A DNA stretch of 63,861 bases from an uncultured Candidatus Saccharibacteria bacterium (lineage in GTDB: Bacteria > Patescibacteriota > Dojkabacteria > J137). Location of the stretch: assembly GCA_964414295.1 (NCBI GenBank), contig CAYPVU010000002.1:1-63861 (forward strand). Reading direction: 5' to 3'. Below the pieces are notes generated by a model. The model was given only the letters and a program-made list of their open reading frames with translations, was not told the origin of the DNA and searched no databases. The translations under genes were made by a program, and so were the position numbers. This document shows positions 20,801-28,921 of this stretch, piece by piece. Position 1 is the first letter of the stretch. Every line of letters starts with the position of its first letter.

Positions 20801-21975
20801 GGGAAGCTAATGGGTATGGTAATTATGTAAGAATTGTACATCCAAATGGAATGTCAACTCTATATGCTCATAATTCTAGTGTTACTGTTGCTGAAGGTGC
20901 CTGTGTAAGGATTGGACAAGAAATTGCTAAAGCTGGGTCAACGGGTAATTCTACTGGTCCTCATGTTCATTTAGAATTAAGAAAAGATCCAAATTGTACT
21001 ATTACTGATTATTCTCAAACAACAAGTCAAAATTGTGCAGTTAATCCTAGTCAGTACATTGATCTAAACAAAACAACTTCTTACTTTACTGAAGAAGAGT
21101 TAAGAACTACATGCGATGGAGAACTTCCAGATGGAGAAGGGCCTGAAGAGGTATTGCAATGTGTACCAACAGATGATTCACCTGATATTGATTCAGGAGA
21201 AACTTATGGAAATGTATTTAGCTTGTTAGAAAAAGTTTCTGAAATTACTGGGGTGGATCAATATTTTTTGGCTGGTATTTTAAGTCTTGAAAGTGGTCCT
21301 GAGCTTCAAAAAAGTGTTGGAGATGCAATTAAAAATGGAACTGCATTATATAAAGGTGATCCTACTGACATAGGAAATCCAAATCCTAACAGTGCAGGTG
21401 CAGTAGGTCCATTTCAATTTATATGTAGAACTGGTTTATCTTACTTCTACCCTCCTAACAGTTCTAACTTACCATGTCAGCCATGGAGTGCTGGTTCCAC
21501 AGGAAGATATTACAATAAAGTATTATCTTGTGTTAAAGCTTTGGGTATGAGTTACAACGATGGAGACATTTTAGATCCTAAATATTTTGGTGTAGGTGCA
21601 TGTGGTGCAGCGACTATGTTTAGTGGTTTAGAAGGTCAGTCAATATCAGCATACGATATTAATAATTCTTCTGCTCGAAGTAATTCGAATCCTTTCTGGA
21701 AAGCAGCAGGTGGATATAATGGAGGTGGAAACTTTGAAAATATTCCTATTTCTAAATGGTACGCAGATAGTACAGTAGGAAGAGCTCATTTCTTTAAAAA
21801 ATACTGGAATGAATATAAAAGTGGAGATAAAGGTAGTGATTGTAAGCCCAATGCTTATAAAGATTGGTATTTCTACCATGTAAGTTTAGGTATAGAATGT
21901 ATATCTAGAGGTCCTCAAGACGGACAGTGTAGAATTACAACAGAGTCAGCATTAAATAATGAATGCCAAAGATAA
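14761..21975 (+). CDS. giant membrane-anchored multi-domain hydrolase (2x GH-A-like barrels, SGNH esterase, 2x M23 peptidase, SLT/lysozyme-like); probable start 14812 or 14824
   Basis: NEP/TEFG and NEP/TETG pairs; GDSL...GTND...DGVH; HTGVD...HVH and H...D...HAH; ILSLES...GPFQF...YNGG. Confidence 0.85.
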   Translation: MSKLLVCLNKNQKSIYKMYIQMKNKINTFIKNIIKQFKLSKRLPIIIFATFIVLYGYASLKQTLIESIQMGYIIPNTFVNSVVVALDGFVNPDGVIANAVDITKKVGSGESVLVEDVFRRCEIQSENRVSKAYFQLYDTKTGVNQGEMIGGSGSGQEVRDYLRWKNRASLDLEASQMVGIVSSSNPDVVADFIIKNNEDGFIPIIRLGIIDLGVWPFDLTENSDSLVAFYQAIGERLMNENKGYRAVISFGPNEPHTNVPDTTPFMGVNYATMVQRQNQAADRLQKFRVKNGGPFWFAPSIFNGTESFVADGKEYSYDIYHHLYIGGIGSTDKNYWTRPNIDPALFDAMLVNVYSAPTKTAWEFYRDFGLKEYVDGRENLVTVVTEFGATPDATSLTIDDLKDDFKQLYDDQKIEGINWFRAIKDMPSIPPQPQENQRLELSDFITFTEQANKNTKKISLKVDSWLNCNLSSTLYTKSTSGNGGTTPPLNIKTKGGLNEGTVVGGDFSSQISKAKEVGLSGFTLGMATSPSQVDATVAFINQSISSGMVPIVRLCYLGSPGSPRGENCSFDLSGGKTADVVNFYKSVAQRASGSFIGIIGPNEPGTGFPEGLGEMKGFGLNSYDEAVASANKVAAELQGTPKMLIAPAAFNLINPQNNDFEQYRSKGLNASLFDVIIGNAYNADPYKAATAIDAAASYAKSNGMKFIVTETGNIVGRTSEDFKNSVAALCQKVDGFLMFRSVQGLSPTDGNYENKPQLYSTEELKNFARACGGGSSTGDTSSETTAVPVADELSTGGSTTTANACTGGVPENQIIFVGDSLTDWLGRRVFSGVPEKFEIGEPGASTYWFMPGGQKGNTYSDKVKAAAADTQAKALFLMLGTNDCGGVADDAFRSNLTAIVNYIKAAAHPDLDIYLSTIPNYRAGCSPEKISSYNNIIRSVQSSTGVSLRDVGDFVESDTTDGVHLTNQGYERIANKTRELLGGTCPSTGNNGGSGPGGSGGSGGTSLVAGSTALACGVEQDKPATFYQGKNAAALRVRCAGGSCTTKKVDTVDIEAPIKLFASNSPNGTLRNRLSPVSQIAAAASNNPGYDALNMFAGEIKVAGKSYAMPGLGSATNSSFTILRDSLTDRFTKNLGTKSTGSLLKTTQLKLQSQLSDSSTIPVIGSREVFVNSTNTVSIGGEDTDLESIDDRTVCFDGECYNNDSGLADWRKNMLPYDPSIAYPTYYAPKACQTSSMKFVNNLDNYITGPEMILKPQSTVFSGTTQDVCWLYSGRNLQSRSPLMSGDGVKTCGYIFDTRIFPGADINATSPDNDKPKRRIPITTYDPLTGTTITTYQIEYTNWTCKELFDGVANPNDSVEEDAEFANAPVPGGARLPKCDFDDYEFELNKGQIPPSERSGNCDIQEKYQQCLRYDPQESDQVYIHTDTYESVPKVSIPEMYSAIYGLYDRLQTILSQRNAKIIFQENIGMKLKVNSKIRDANETIASKPYSYSKRFDDSILPELISNTMPLASNNSTKTQYQYFDDLGYVDVLQELITAYSEEHTLLGDHIIDNPFLGGSNIFPGRTKIMAGGTANVALGTPILTCDQIEICKRFTVDELASTYGENMARRLCPLKEKIPAGEERNCITFLSDDRYDDRLKDQLCKRGFPVDKNCNFQCSVDDDADGVDDDDNDDDGGDPPISGSYPNTACPVADTQHRCFQGPYGTYTHGSSMGLPLDLYPNFTGGSSNAANRDKRIVAPEDGEVVAVINEGAQGTRITLKGKSGLTYYILHLNGNDPNMVKSGQVRGGQRIAEIASQATVPGLAYNDGNIHAHVRAEYNGKDIDPYFLFGQILKCNATKPNDSWANRLVLNGVVSNPRAYCVISSGNTFQLNDNGPDKARQSKSVDPDTSALDNNQVKALFDAAYGSTTASTVNNNAVQSGSSTSINRTIALASTPLSSGKVLGTSTDPSAFKIRIPVNVQTEVLSNYGPRCFEREGRQYCDYHTGVDFAEGVSTGVSVVAAESGRVIKVGREANGYGNYVRIVHPNGMSTLYAHNSSVTVAEGACVRIGQEIAKAGSTGNSTGPHVHLELRKDPNCTITDYSQTTSQNCAVNPSQYIDLNKTTSYFTEEELRTTCDGELPDGEGPEEVLQCVPTDDSPDIDSGETYGNVFSLLEKVSEITGVDQYFLAGILSLESGPELQKSVGDAIKNGTALYKGDPTDIGNPNPNSAGAVGPFQFICRTGLSYFYPPNSSNLPCQPWSAGSTGRYYNKVLSCVKALGMSYNDGDILDPKYFGVGACGAATMFSGLEGQSISAYDINNSSARSNSNPFWKAAGGYNGGGNFENIPISKWYADSTVGRAHFFKKYWNEYKSGDKGSDCKPNAYKDWYFYHVSLGIECISRGPQDGQCRITTESALNNECQR

Positions 21976-22504
21976 TATGAAAGCCTTAATAGAAAAAATA
22001 AAAAATTTTAGTAAGAACTTAACTTTTGAAAAGTCTTTTGGAATATTAGTAGCTATATTCCTTTTATCGATATTACTAATAGCAGTTACTTCCCCCTCTA
22101 CTCTAAATGATATTGTTACACCTTCACAAAATGGTGTGCCAAGAGCTCCGTTAAATTCAGATCCTTATGCAAATTCAGTCGATCCAAATCAATTAACAAG
22201 AGGACGTGGAGATGCTTATTATTATCAATACGGACAAATTGTTATTGAAGAAAAGGACACAGCAACTTATTACTACCAAAGAAAACCTACAGATTCCGAG
22301 TTAGATATGATTAAAAGGCAACTAGGAGTAGAGTTCATTAATTTGGTAGACGAAACGTATAAGGCAGTTGAAAGAACAGAACCTGGTCCTCTTTTGGAAC
22401 CCCCTACCAGCGAGGAAGAAGTTATATTAAATCTACCTAGAGTTGGTGTTGAGCAATCCGATGAAGGAATTGGTCCTGATGCTGTAGTTGATGGTGAAGA
22501 GTAA
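21959..22504 (+). CDS. hypothetical membrane-anchored protein
   Basis: TM near the N-terminus; start overlaps the end of the giant ORF. Confidence 0.7.
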   Translation: MNAKDNMKALIEKIKNFSKNLTFEKSFGILVAIFLLSILLIAVTSPSTLNDIVTPSQNGVPRAPLNSDPYANSVDPNQLTRGRGDAYYYQYGQIVIEEKDTATYYYQRKPTDSELDMIKRQLGVEFINLVDETYKAVERTEPGPLLEPPTSEEEVILNLPRVGVEQSDEGIGPDAVVDGEE

Positions 22505-22599
22505 TATTATTATTAGTTAATGCTTGCAGCTGTATTAGTTGAATAAAATCAATTATTGAATTATACTTTTTCTCGTTACATTAAGCGTTTCCCAAAATT

Positions 22600-25500
22600 A
22601 TGATAAAAAAAGTATTACCTTCTTTTGATCTAAACCAAAGACAAATCAAGTCTACAGAAAAAGCATTTCAAAAAATAAAAGAATTAAAAGAGCCTGTCTC
22701 TAAAATGTCCTATGAAGACATGCAAAAAAGAATTCAAGAAATGAAAGAAGAAATTAATAAATTAGTAGAAGAAATCCCTTTTGAAAAAAAACTGTCTTTA
22801 AGAAAAATAGATAGAACAAAACCTTTAGCAAAAGAAGAAGTAGCCATTCAAAATAAGCTAAATGAGTTTCTTCCAGAAGTATATGCATTTATGGATGAAG
22901 TTTTCTTTAGGAAAGTAGGTTTTAGGTATCATGATGTTCAATTAAGAGCTGGTATTATACTTGCACAAGGTCAAAGACTAGTTGAGCTTTACACGGGTGA
23001 AGGTAAAACAATGACCTTTCAACTTCCATTAGTACTCTACTCCATTGCAGGAAGAGGTGCACATTTAGTAACTGTAAATGACTATTTATCTAGAAGAGAC
23101 GGTGAGTATGCGGGTCATATTGCATCTGCATTAGGTTTAAGCGTAGGTATTATTAGTTCTACTGCTTCATATAAATTTGTTAACGATGATCAATTAAAGT
23201 TTGTAAAAGGTGAGGGTGCAGCCGAACTAAGAGGTAACATGCATGCAATTCAAATCAGCAACATGGATGGTATTAACTTAGTAGAATGTAGTAAAAGAGA
23301 TTCTTATAATTGTGATATTACTTACGGAACAAATAACGAATTTGGATTTGATTATTTAAGAGACAATATGTCTTGGGATTTAAATAATATATCTCAAAGA
23401 GAATTGTACTTTTGTATTATAGACGAAGCTGACTCCATTTTAATTGATGAAGCTAGAACTCCTTTAATTATTTCTGGTATACCTACAGATGCTAATGTAG
23501 GTAAATATAATTCCTTCGCAAGTGCAGTTAAAGATCTAGTGGAAGGTGAACATTACGAATTGGATCATAAAACTAGGACTGTAGTATTAACAGAGCAAGG
23601 AATTGAATTAGTTGAAAATAGATTGGGCGTAGAAAATCTCTGGAAAGATTATTCTATGGCTTATCACATTGAAAATGCTTTAAAAGCTCAGACAATGTTT
23701 AATAGAGACGAACACTATCTTGTTAAGGGTGGTGAGGTTTTAATTGTAGATGAATTTACAGGAAGAATATTAAAGGGAAGAAGATATTCAGAAGGTTTGC
23801 ATCAAGCTATTGAAGCAAAAGAAGGAGTTGAAGTAAGGCAGGAAAGCAAAACATATGCAACTATTACATTTCAAAACTTCTTTAGGTTGTATAAAGTCTT
23901 ATGCGGTGGTTCTGGAACTGTTATGACTGAGGCCGAAGAATTCTATAAGATATATGGTTTAGAAACTGTTTCTATACCTACTAACAGACCTGTAGTTAGA
24001 ATTGATTATCCTGATCAGATCTATAAGAATCAAACAGCTAAATATAGAGCTGTAGTAGCGGAAATTAAAGAGAAACATTCAAAAGGACAACCTGTGTTGG
24101 TCGGTACAACATCTGTAGAAAAATCAGAATTAATTTCTCAATTATTAGATGCCGAGCAAATCCCTCATGAGGTTTTGAATGCTAAATATCACGAACAAGA
24201 AGCTAAAATTATAGAAAAGGCTGGTAGAAAAGGTGCTGTTACCGTTGCTACAAATATGGCAGGAAGAGGTGCTGATATTGTTATAGGAGGTGGTTCAAGA
24301 GGAGATGAAGCTTATTTAGAAATTAGAGAATTGGGTGGTTTGCATGTAATTGGTACAGAAAGACACGAATCTAGAAGAATTGATAATCAGTTAAGAGGTA
24401 GAACTGGAAGACAAGGAGAACCTGGTTCCTCAAGATTTTATGTTGCTCTAGATGATCAATTAATGAGGATTTTAGGAGGTGACATGATGGGCCGATTAAT
24501 GAATTCAGTAGGTATGGATGAAAACTTGCCAATTGAATTAAAGTTAATTTCTAAACAGATTGAATCTGCCCAAAAAAGAATTGAAGGCATGAATTTTGAT
24601 GCTAGAAAAAGAATTGTCGATTATGACGATGTAATGAATCAGCATAGAGAAATCTTTTACAGCAGAAGAAGAAAGTTTTTGCAGAGTGCAGAAGAAGCAT
24701 CCGGCAAATTTGTTGAAAACGGACAATTGGTTACTGTAAGTTCTTTAACAAAAGAATTGCAGCAGTCTTACGATAATAAAATTAACTCTGCACAGGATAA
24801 TTTAGTAAAGATAATAAACAGTTTAGTAAATGATGAAGTTAAAACATTTATTGAAAATCAGCTAAATGGAAATAAAAAATGGAATAAAGAAAGTATTTCT
24901 ACAATAGTAAAGAACTTTACTGAAATGATTCCAGCTTCTATATTAGCTAAGGTTTTAAATATTCAAACAAGTAAGGTAAATGAGTACTTAGTTGAGGAAT
25001 TATTAAAAGATAAATCCGATAAAGCTCAAAAATATCTATTAGACTTAGCAAATAAAGTAATTGAACAAAAAAGAACTGAATTTAATAAAGAATTTGCGTA
25101 TGTTACTAAGGCTATTACATTACAAACAATGGACAATATCTGGGTAGATCACCTAGAACTAATGAAGGATATTAGAGATGGAATTGGTTTACAAGCTTAT
25201 GCTCAAAAAGATCCTTTAGTTGAATATAAGAATGAAGCCTATAACGTCTTTGAATCATTTATTCAAAATATTAATAAAGATGTTGTAAAACAAATTCTAT
25301 CTATTCAAAAACTAACACCAGAAATGGTTAATGCTCAACCACAATTTGATAACATTACAACAAATCAGGCTCAAGTTGAGGATGTTTTGACCGAAGATAG
25401 AGAGTTTGTAAGTACAGATGTATACGATCAAAAAGTTTTAGCATCCTCCTTAGTAGGCAGATTAGAAAGTGAGAGAAAATCTAATGCTGTGGTAGGCGGT

Positions 25501-25668
25501 TTAGGGATGGAAAATAATACAAGAAAAATTAATGCTAAAGCATTTAAGCAATTTAACAGAAATGATAAAGTCTCTGTAAGATATAGTAATGGTGAGATTT
25601 TAAAAGATGTTAAATTTAAGAAAGTAGAAAACGATTTAATAAATGGGAAAGCAGTTATTGTAGATTAA
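22600..25668 (+). CDS. secA: preprotein translocase ATPase SecA
   Basis: Motifs TGEGKT, IIDEADSILIDEARTPLIISG, ATNMAGRG, HESRRIDNQLRGR, QKDPLVEYK. Confidence 0.98.
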   Translation: MIKKVLPSFDLNQRQIKSTEKAFQKIKELKEPVSKMSYEDMQKRIQEMKEEINKLVEEIPFEKKLSLRKIDRTKPLAKEEVAIQNKLNEFLPEVYAFMDEVFFRKVGFRYHDVQLRAGIILAQGQRLVELYTGEGKTMTFQLPLVLYSIAGRGAHLVTVNDYLSRRDGEYAGHIASALGLSVGIISSTASYKFVNDDQLKFVKGEGAAELRGNMHAIQISNMDGINLVECSKRDSYNCDITYGTNNEFGFDYLRDNMSWDLNNISQRELYFCIIDEADSILIDEARTPLIISGIPTDANVGKYNSFASAVKDLVEGEHYELDHKTRTVVLTEQGIELVENRLGVENLWKDYSMAYHIENALKAQTMFNRDEHYLVKGGEVLIVDEFTGRILKGRRYSEGLHQAIEAKEGVEVRQESKTYATITFQNFFRLYKVLCGGSGTVMTEAEEFYKIYGLETVSIPTNRPVVRIDYPDQIYKNQTAKYRAVVAEIKEKHSKGQPVLVGTTSVEKSELISQLLDAEQIPHEVLNAKYHEQEAKIIEKAGRKGAVTVATNMAGRGADIVIGGGSRGDEAYLEIRELGGLHVIGTERHESRRIDNQLRGRTGRQGEPGSSRFYVALDDQLMRILGGDMMGRLMNSVGMDENLPIELKLISKQIESAQKRIEGMNFDARKRIVDYDDVMNQHREIFYSRRRKFLQSAEEASGKFVENGQLVTVSSLTKELQQSYDNKINSAQDNLVKIINSLVNDEVKTFIENQLNGNKKWNKESISTIVKNFTEMIPASILAKVLNIQTSKVNEYLVEELLKDKSDKAQKYLLDLANKVIEQKRTEFNKEFAYVTKAITLQTMDNIWVDHLELMKDIRDGIGLQAYAQKDPLVEYKNEAYNVFESFIQNINKDVVKQILSIQKLTPEMVNAQPQFDNITTNQAQVEDVLTEDREFVSTDVYDQKVLASSLVGRLESERKSNAVVGGLGMENNTRKINAKAFKQFNRNDKVSVRYSNGEILKDVKFKKVENDLINGKAVIVD

Positions 25669-25693
25669 AAAATCCCTCGGAAGAGGGATTTTT
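25668..25693. terminator. bidirectional intrinsic terminator
   Basis: AAAAATCCCTC-GGAA-GAGGGATTTTT. Confidence 0.85.
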
Positions 25694-25696
25694 ATT

Positions 25697-26872
25697 TTAT
25701 AACTTTAAATTCCCTTCTCCGCCAAGCTTCCAATAAGCTATTCCGTTAATGCCATACTCAGCTGCTAATTGTTTTCTAACTTCTATAGATTTATTACTTG
25801 GAAATACAGCAGCTCTAATCTGTCCATTAAAATTATATTTCCCAATAACTTCTCCCCATGTATCTACATACTCTTCTTCTACAACATAGTTATTAAAAAG
25901 CTTTACTAGTCCATCTCCATAATAAGCAACTCCATCACCTCCGGTATATCCTATAAAAAACTGCTCTCCAAAGTAATCTAAATCGTATCTTATTGGATCT
26001 TTTATACTCCAATCCATTGTGTATGTATGTATTCCAAGCACAATCTTTTCTCTTGGAATACCAATTTTAATTGAATATCTTATTACATCTTCTAACCAGG
26101 CTAATGGTCCAACCGGTCCTAAAGGATCTTGTGCTATAGAATATCCATAGCCTTGCAATTTTATTTTATCTGCAAATTTAGCCAGTTTAGGATAATCTAA
26201 AGCTGCTTTTGTTTGCCCATAGGGGAAATTATCTCCCCATTTTGATAGTAGACTTAAATGCAATTGCTTATTATTTCTTTTTAACTCATTACTTAATGTT
26301 TCAATTAAATCTAGGAGTACTTTATGATCATTTACATAGATATGTTCAAAATCAAGATCAATTCCATCGTAGCTGTAATTTAATACGTTAGACATGACTT
26401 CGTTAATGAATCGTTGACTATTTTCTTTAGAATTTAAAACCTTTGTCAGCTTATCTCTTTCAAAAGATGTAATTGCTGGAACTAATTCAATATTATTTTG
26501 TTTAGTATAGTTTAATAGTACTGACCAGTTTGTATATGGATTCGCTTTTAGAGAGCCATCTTCATTTAAATCAAACCAAAATGGACTAATGCTTGTTATG
26601 TGAGGATTATTTTTTAGTGTATCTAACCCGCTTTGCATCCCCCAATCAGGAATCCAACCGTAGTATTGTAGACTATTTGTATCTTTAGGATCTTTTTGTA
26701 CAGATCTAATTTGTTCTATTTCTAAATCAAATTCACTTTTATTAGAGTTATATATAGTAAATTCATTAAGTTTTTCTATGTCTACAGTATTAGGATTATT
26801 GTATTTTTGAAATGCTATATAGCTTAATGCGCCAATTGCTATAGTTAGAATAATTACAATAATAAACCTCAT
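25697..26872 (-). CDS. membrane-anchored glycoside hydrolase family 18 protein
   Basis: N-terminal TM; intact DGIDLDFE (DxxDxDxE) motif; GIAYWKLG C-terminus. Confidence 0.9.
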   Translation of the reverse strand: MRFIIVIILTIAIGALSYIAFQKYNNPNTVDIEKLNEFTIYNSNKSEFDLEIEQIRSVQKDPKDTNSLQYYGWIPDWGMQSGLDTLKNNPHITSISPFWFDLNEDGSLKANPYTNWSVLLNYTKQNNIELVPAITSFERDKLTKVLNSKENSQRFINEVMSNVLNYSYDGIDLDFEHIYVNDHKVLLDLIETLSNELKRNNKQLHLSLLSKWGDNFPYGQTKAALDYPKLAKFADKIKLQGYGYSIAQDPLGPVGPLAWLEDVIRYSIKIGIPREKIVLGIHTYTMDWSIKDPIRYDLDYFGEQFFIGYTGGDGVAYYGDGLVKLFNNYVVEEEYVDTWGEVIGKYNFNGQIRAAVFPSNKSIEVRKQLAAEYGINGIAYWKLGGEGNLKL

Positions 26873-26892
26873 TTATGAAAGTTTTAATTTAT

Positions 26893-28080
26893 TTAGTCGC
26901 CTAGTGTTAAAGGTTTTTCTACATCTTCACTAAGCATTTCAATTGCTTCTCCAGTAATTTTATAAATATCTTTATCTATTTTTTTGTACTCAACTCTTGC
27001 ATCATTATATGCTCCTACCGCAGTTCCAAGATTCTTTCCTAACTTTGTCATATTAAGCTCAAAACTGGCTAAATGCTTTTGCAGTTTTTCTACATTGCTT
27101 TTAATCTCCATTGCTTGTTCTTCTATTTTTAAAGCATTTAATCCTTGTAGTACAGTTTGAAGATACGCTAAAAATGATGTAGGAGAAGTTATTATTACAT
27201 TCTTTTGTTTGAAAGCGTATTCAATTAAATCCGTTGTGCTTGTTTTTATAGTCCCTATTTGATTGATTAGTAAATCATAATAAATACCTTCCGATGGAAT
27301 AAACATAAAAGCGAACCCCATTGTTTTTTCATCTGGTCTAATATATTTAGATGTTTCGTCTATTCTATTCTTTAAATCTAATTTAAACATCTTTTCTAAT
27401 CTCAGTCTTTCTGTCTCATCTTTACATTCAACTATTTTATTGTAATTTTCTAACGAAAATTTTGAATCAATAGGTATTACTTTATCTTTTACAAATACAG
27501 CAGCGTCTACTATTTCTCCATTGCTGAATTTGTATTGCATTTGAAAGGATCCTGGAGGAAGTACATTTTTAAGTAATGTTTCTAAAAAGTATTCACCTAA
27601 AATCCCTCTTTGTTTCGGATTTTTTAAAATATTTTCTAAACTCTGTAATTGTTCAGCAAAACCTACTACTTGCTTATTAGTCTCATCTAATTTAGTAAGC
27701 TTTTCTGTAACTTCTTTAATAATTTTGCTGGCAGTATCGTTTGTGTCTTTCATACTTTTTTGTGCCATTTGAAATTGTTGTACTAAGCCTACATTTGATT
27801 TATTAAGCTGTTCGTTTAATGTTAGGTTCTGCTCTCTTAATCTTTCGTTCAACTCCTTTACTGTTCTGTCTAACTTTTCGTTTTGTTGTGAAGTTAAAGC
27901 ATTTATTTGATTTTGAAGTATTATTAGAGATTTATCTAGACCTTCATCTGATCCTTTTTTGCCTACTTTTTGAAAAAGCATAAAAACTGCACCAATTAAA
28001 ACAACTAGTAAAATTATTGCTATTATTATTAAAACATCCATATGTATTAAGTAAAACTGTAAACTTAACCATTCTATCAT
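26893..28080 (-). CDS. rmuC: DNA recombination protein RmuC
   Basis: TM plus coiled coil; KQRGILGE, IPIDSKFSLENY, FAFMFIPSEG. Confidence 0.93.
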   Translation of the reverse strand: MIEWLSLQFYLIHMDVLIIIAIILLVVLIGAVFMLFQKVGKKGSDEGLDKSLIILQNQINALTSQQNEKLDRTVKELNERLREQNLTLNEQLNKSNVGLVQQFQMAQKSMKDTNDTASKIIKEVTEKLTKLDETNKQVVGFAEQLQSLENILKNPKQRGILGEYFLETLLKNVLPPGSFQMQYKFSNGEIVDAAVFVKDKVIPIDSKFSLENYNKIVECKDETERLRLEKMFKLDLKNRIDETSKYIRPDEKTMGFAFMFIPSEGIYYDLLINQIGTIKTSTTDLIEYAFKQKNVIITSPTSFLAYLQTVLQGLNALKIEEQAMEIKSNVEKLQKHLASFELNMTKLGKNLGTAVGAYNDARVEYKKIDKDIYKITGEAIEMLSEDVEKPLTLGD

Positions 28081-28108
28081 AAGTATACCAAGGGGGATTT
28101 AAATGTTT

Positions 28109-28130
28109 AGGGAGCTAATAAAAGCTCCCT
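28109..28130 (-). terminator. hairpin terminator after orphan ORF 28143-28403
   Basis: AGGGAGCT-AATAAA-AGCTCCCT. Confidence 0.65.
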
Positions 28131-28142
28131 GTAGAAATTCGG

Positions 28143-28403
28143 TTACGCAAAAACCACTGGTCTAGGCAGCGGCTTGCTTTGTTTATACTCAGCAAGTTGG
28201 CTCAGAAGATCTTCGGGAGCGCAGCGTTCTGCGTTTTCCAATTTCGTCTGTGCCTGAAACCTTACCATCCCCGCCTCTTCGGCTGCCGAACCTGACCCGT
28301 TATGGGATCGGTGCAGATTTTGGGTTGCACACCAAAGCTCATCGTATAGAGCTTTTAGAGTGTCGATGGTTGTAGGTTCTTGAGCAAGTGTAGCGGTTGA
28401 CAT
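28143..28403 (-). CDS. small GC-rich orphan protein
   Basis: SD GAGGT upstream; TTGCCT...TAATAT promoter-like element; own terminator. Confidence 0.65.
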   Translation of the reverse strand: MSTATLAQEPTTIDTLKALYDELWCATQNLHRSHNGSGSAAEEAGMVRFQAQTKLENAERCAPEDLLSQLAEYKQSKPLPRPVVFA

Positions 28404-28487
28404 TAGTTTACCTCAATACTTAAAACCGAACTGCCTATATTAACACCTGTTATTTACTTTAGGCAACAGTTTTAATGGCTGACTAGG

Positions 28488-28510
28488 GTCTGGGGCTTAT
28501 CGCCCCAGAC
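28488..28510 (-). terminator. hairpin terminator after orphan ORF 28515-28808
   Basis: GTCTGGGGC-TTATC-GCCCCAGAC. Confidence 0.65.
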
Positions 28511-28514
28511 ATCT

Positions 28515-28808
28515 TTAATCTTCTAGAGGTTTTATGTAAAGCCTTGCTTCTTGAAAAGCGATGGCTACCTCTAGATTTTCTTTACCAAGTTCATCGAGCA
28601 TTCGTTGAAGTTTCTGTCTAAGCTGGGCTGCCTTTGCTTCCTCAGCTTTTACTACGTAGCCCGGAACTAGGTTTGCAATTACTGGACGCGGATCATTTGA
28701 ACCTTCTATAACAGATTCCGCGTTTTTTATAGCTGCCTCCACATACAAAAGCTCAAAAAGCTTTGCTAATTGTGGAGCCGTTAGCTGGTGCTTATATTCG
28801 GTGGTCAT
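28515..28808 (-). CDS. small helical orphan protein (start reassigned to the ATG at 28808)
   Basis: SD-like GAGGG precedes the in-frame ATG at 28808. Confidence 0.6.
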   Translation of the reverse strand: MTTEYKHQLTAPQLAKLFELLYVEAAIKNAESVIEGSNDPRPVIANLVPGYVVKAEEAKAAQLRQKLQRMLDELGKENLEVAIAFQEARLYIKPLED

Positions 28809-28921
28809 TTTGTGCCCTCTATATAAACGCAACAAATTATATCATTAAGATATACAATCTTATCTTTTATACCTAACTTTATTTAATTATGATAAACTTT
28901 CTTGTTTAGCAACAATACTTT

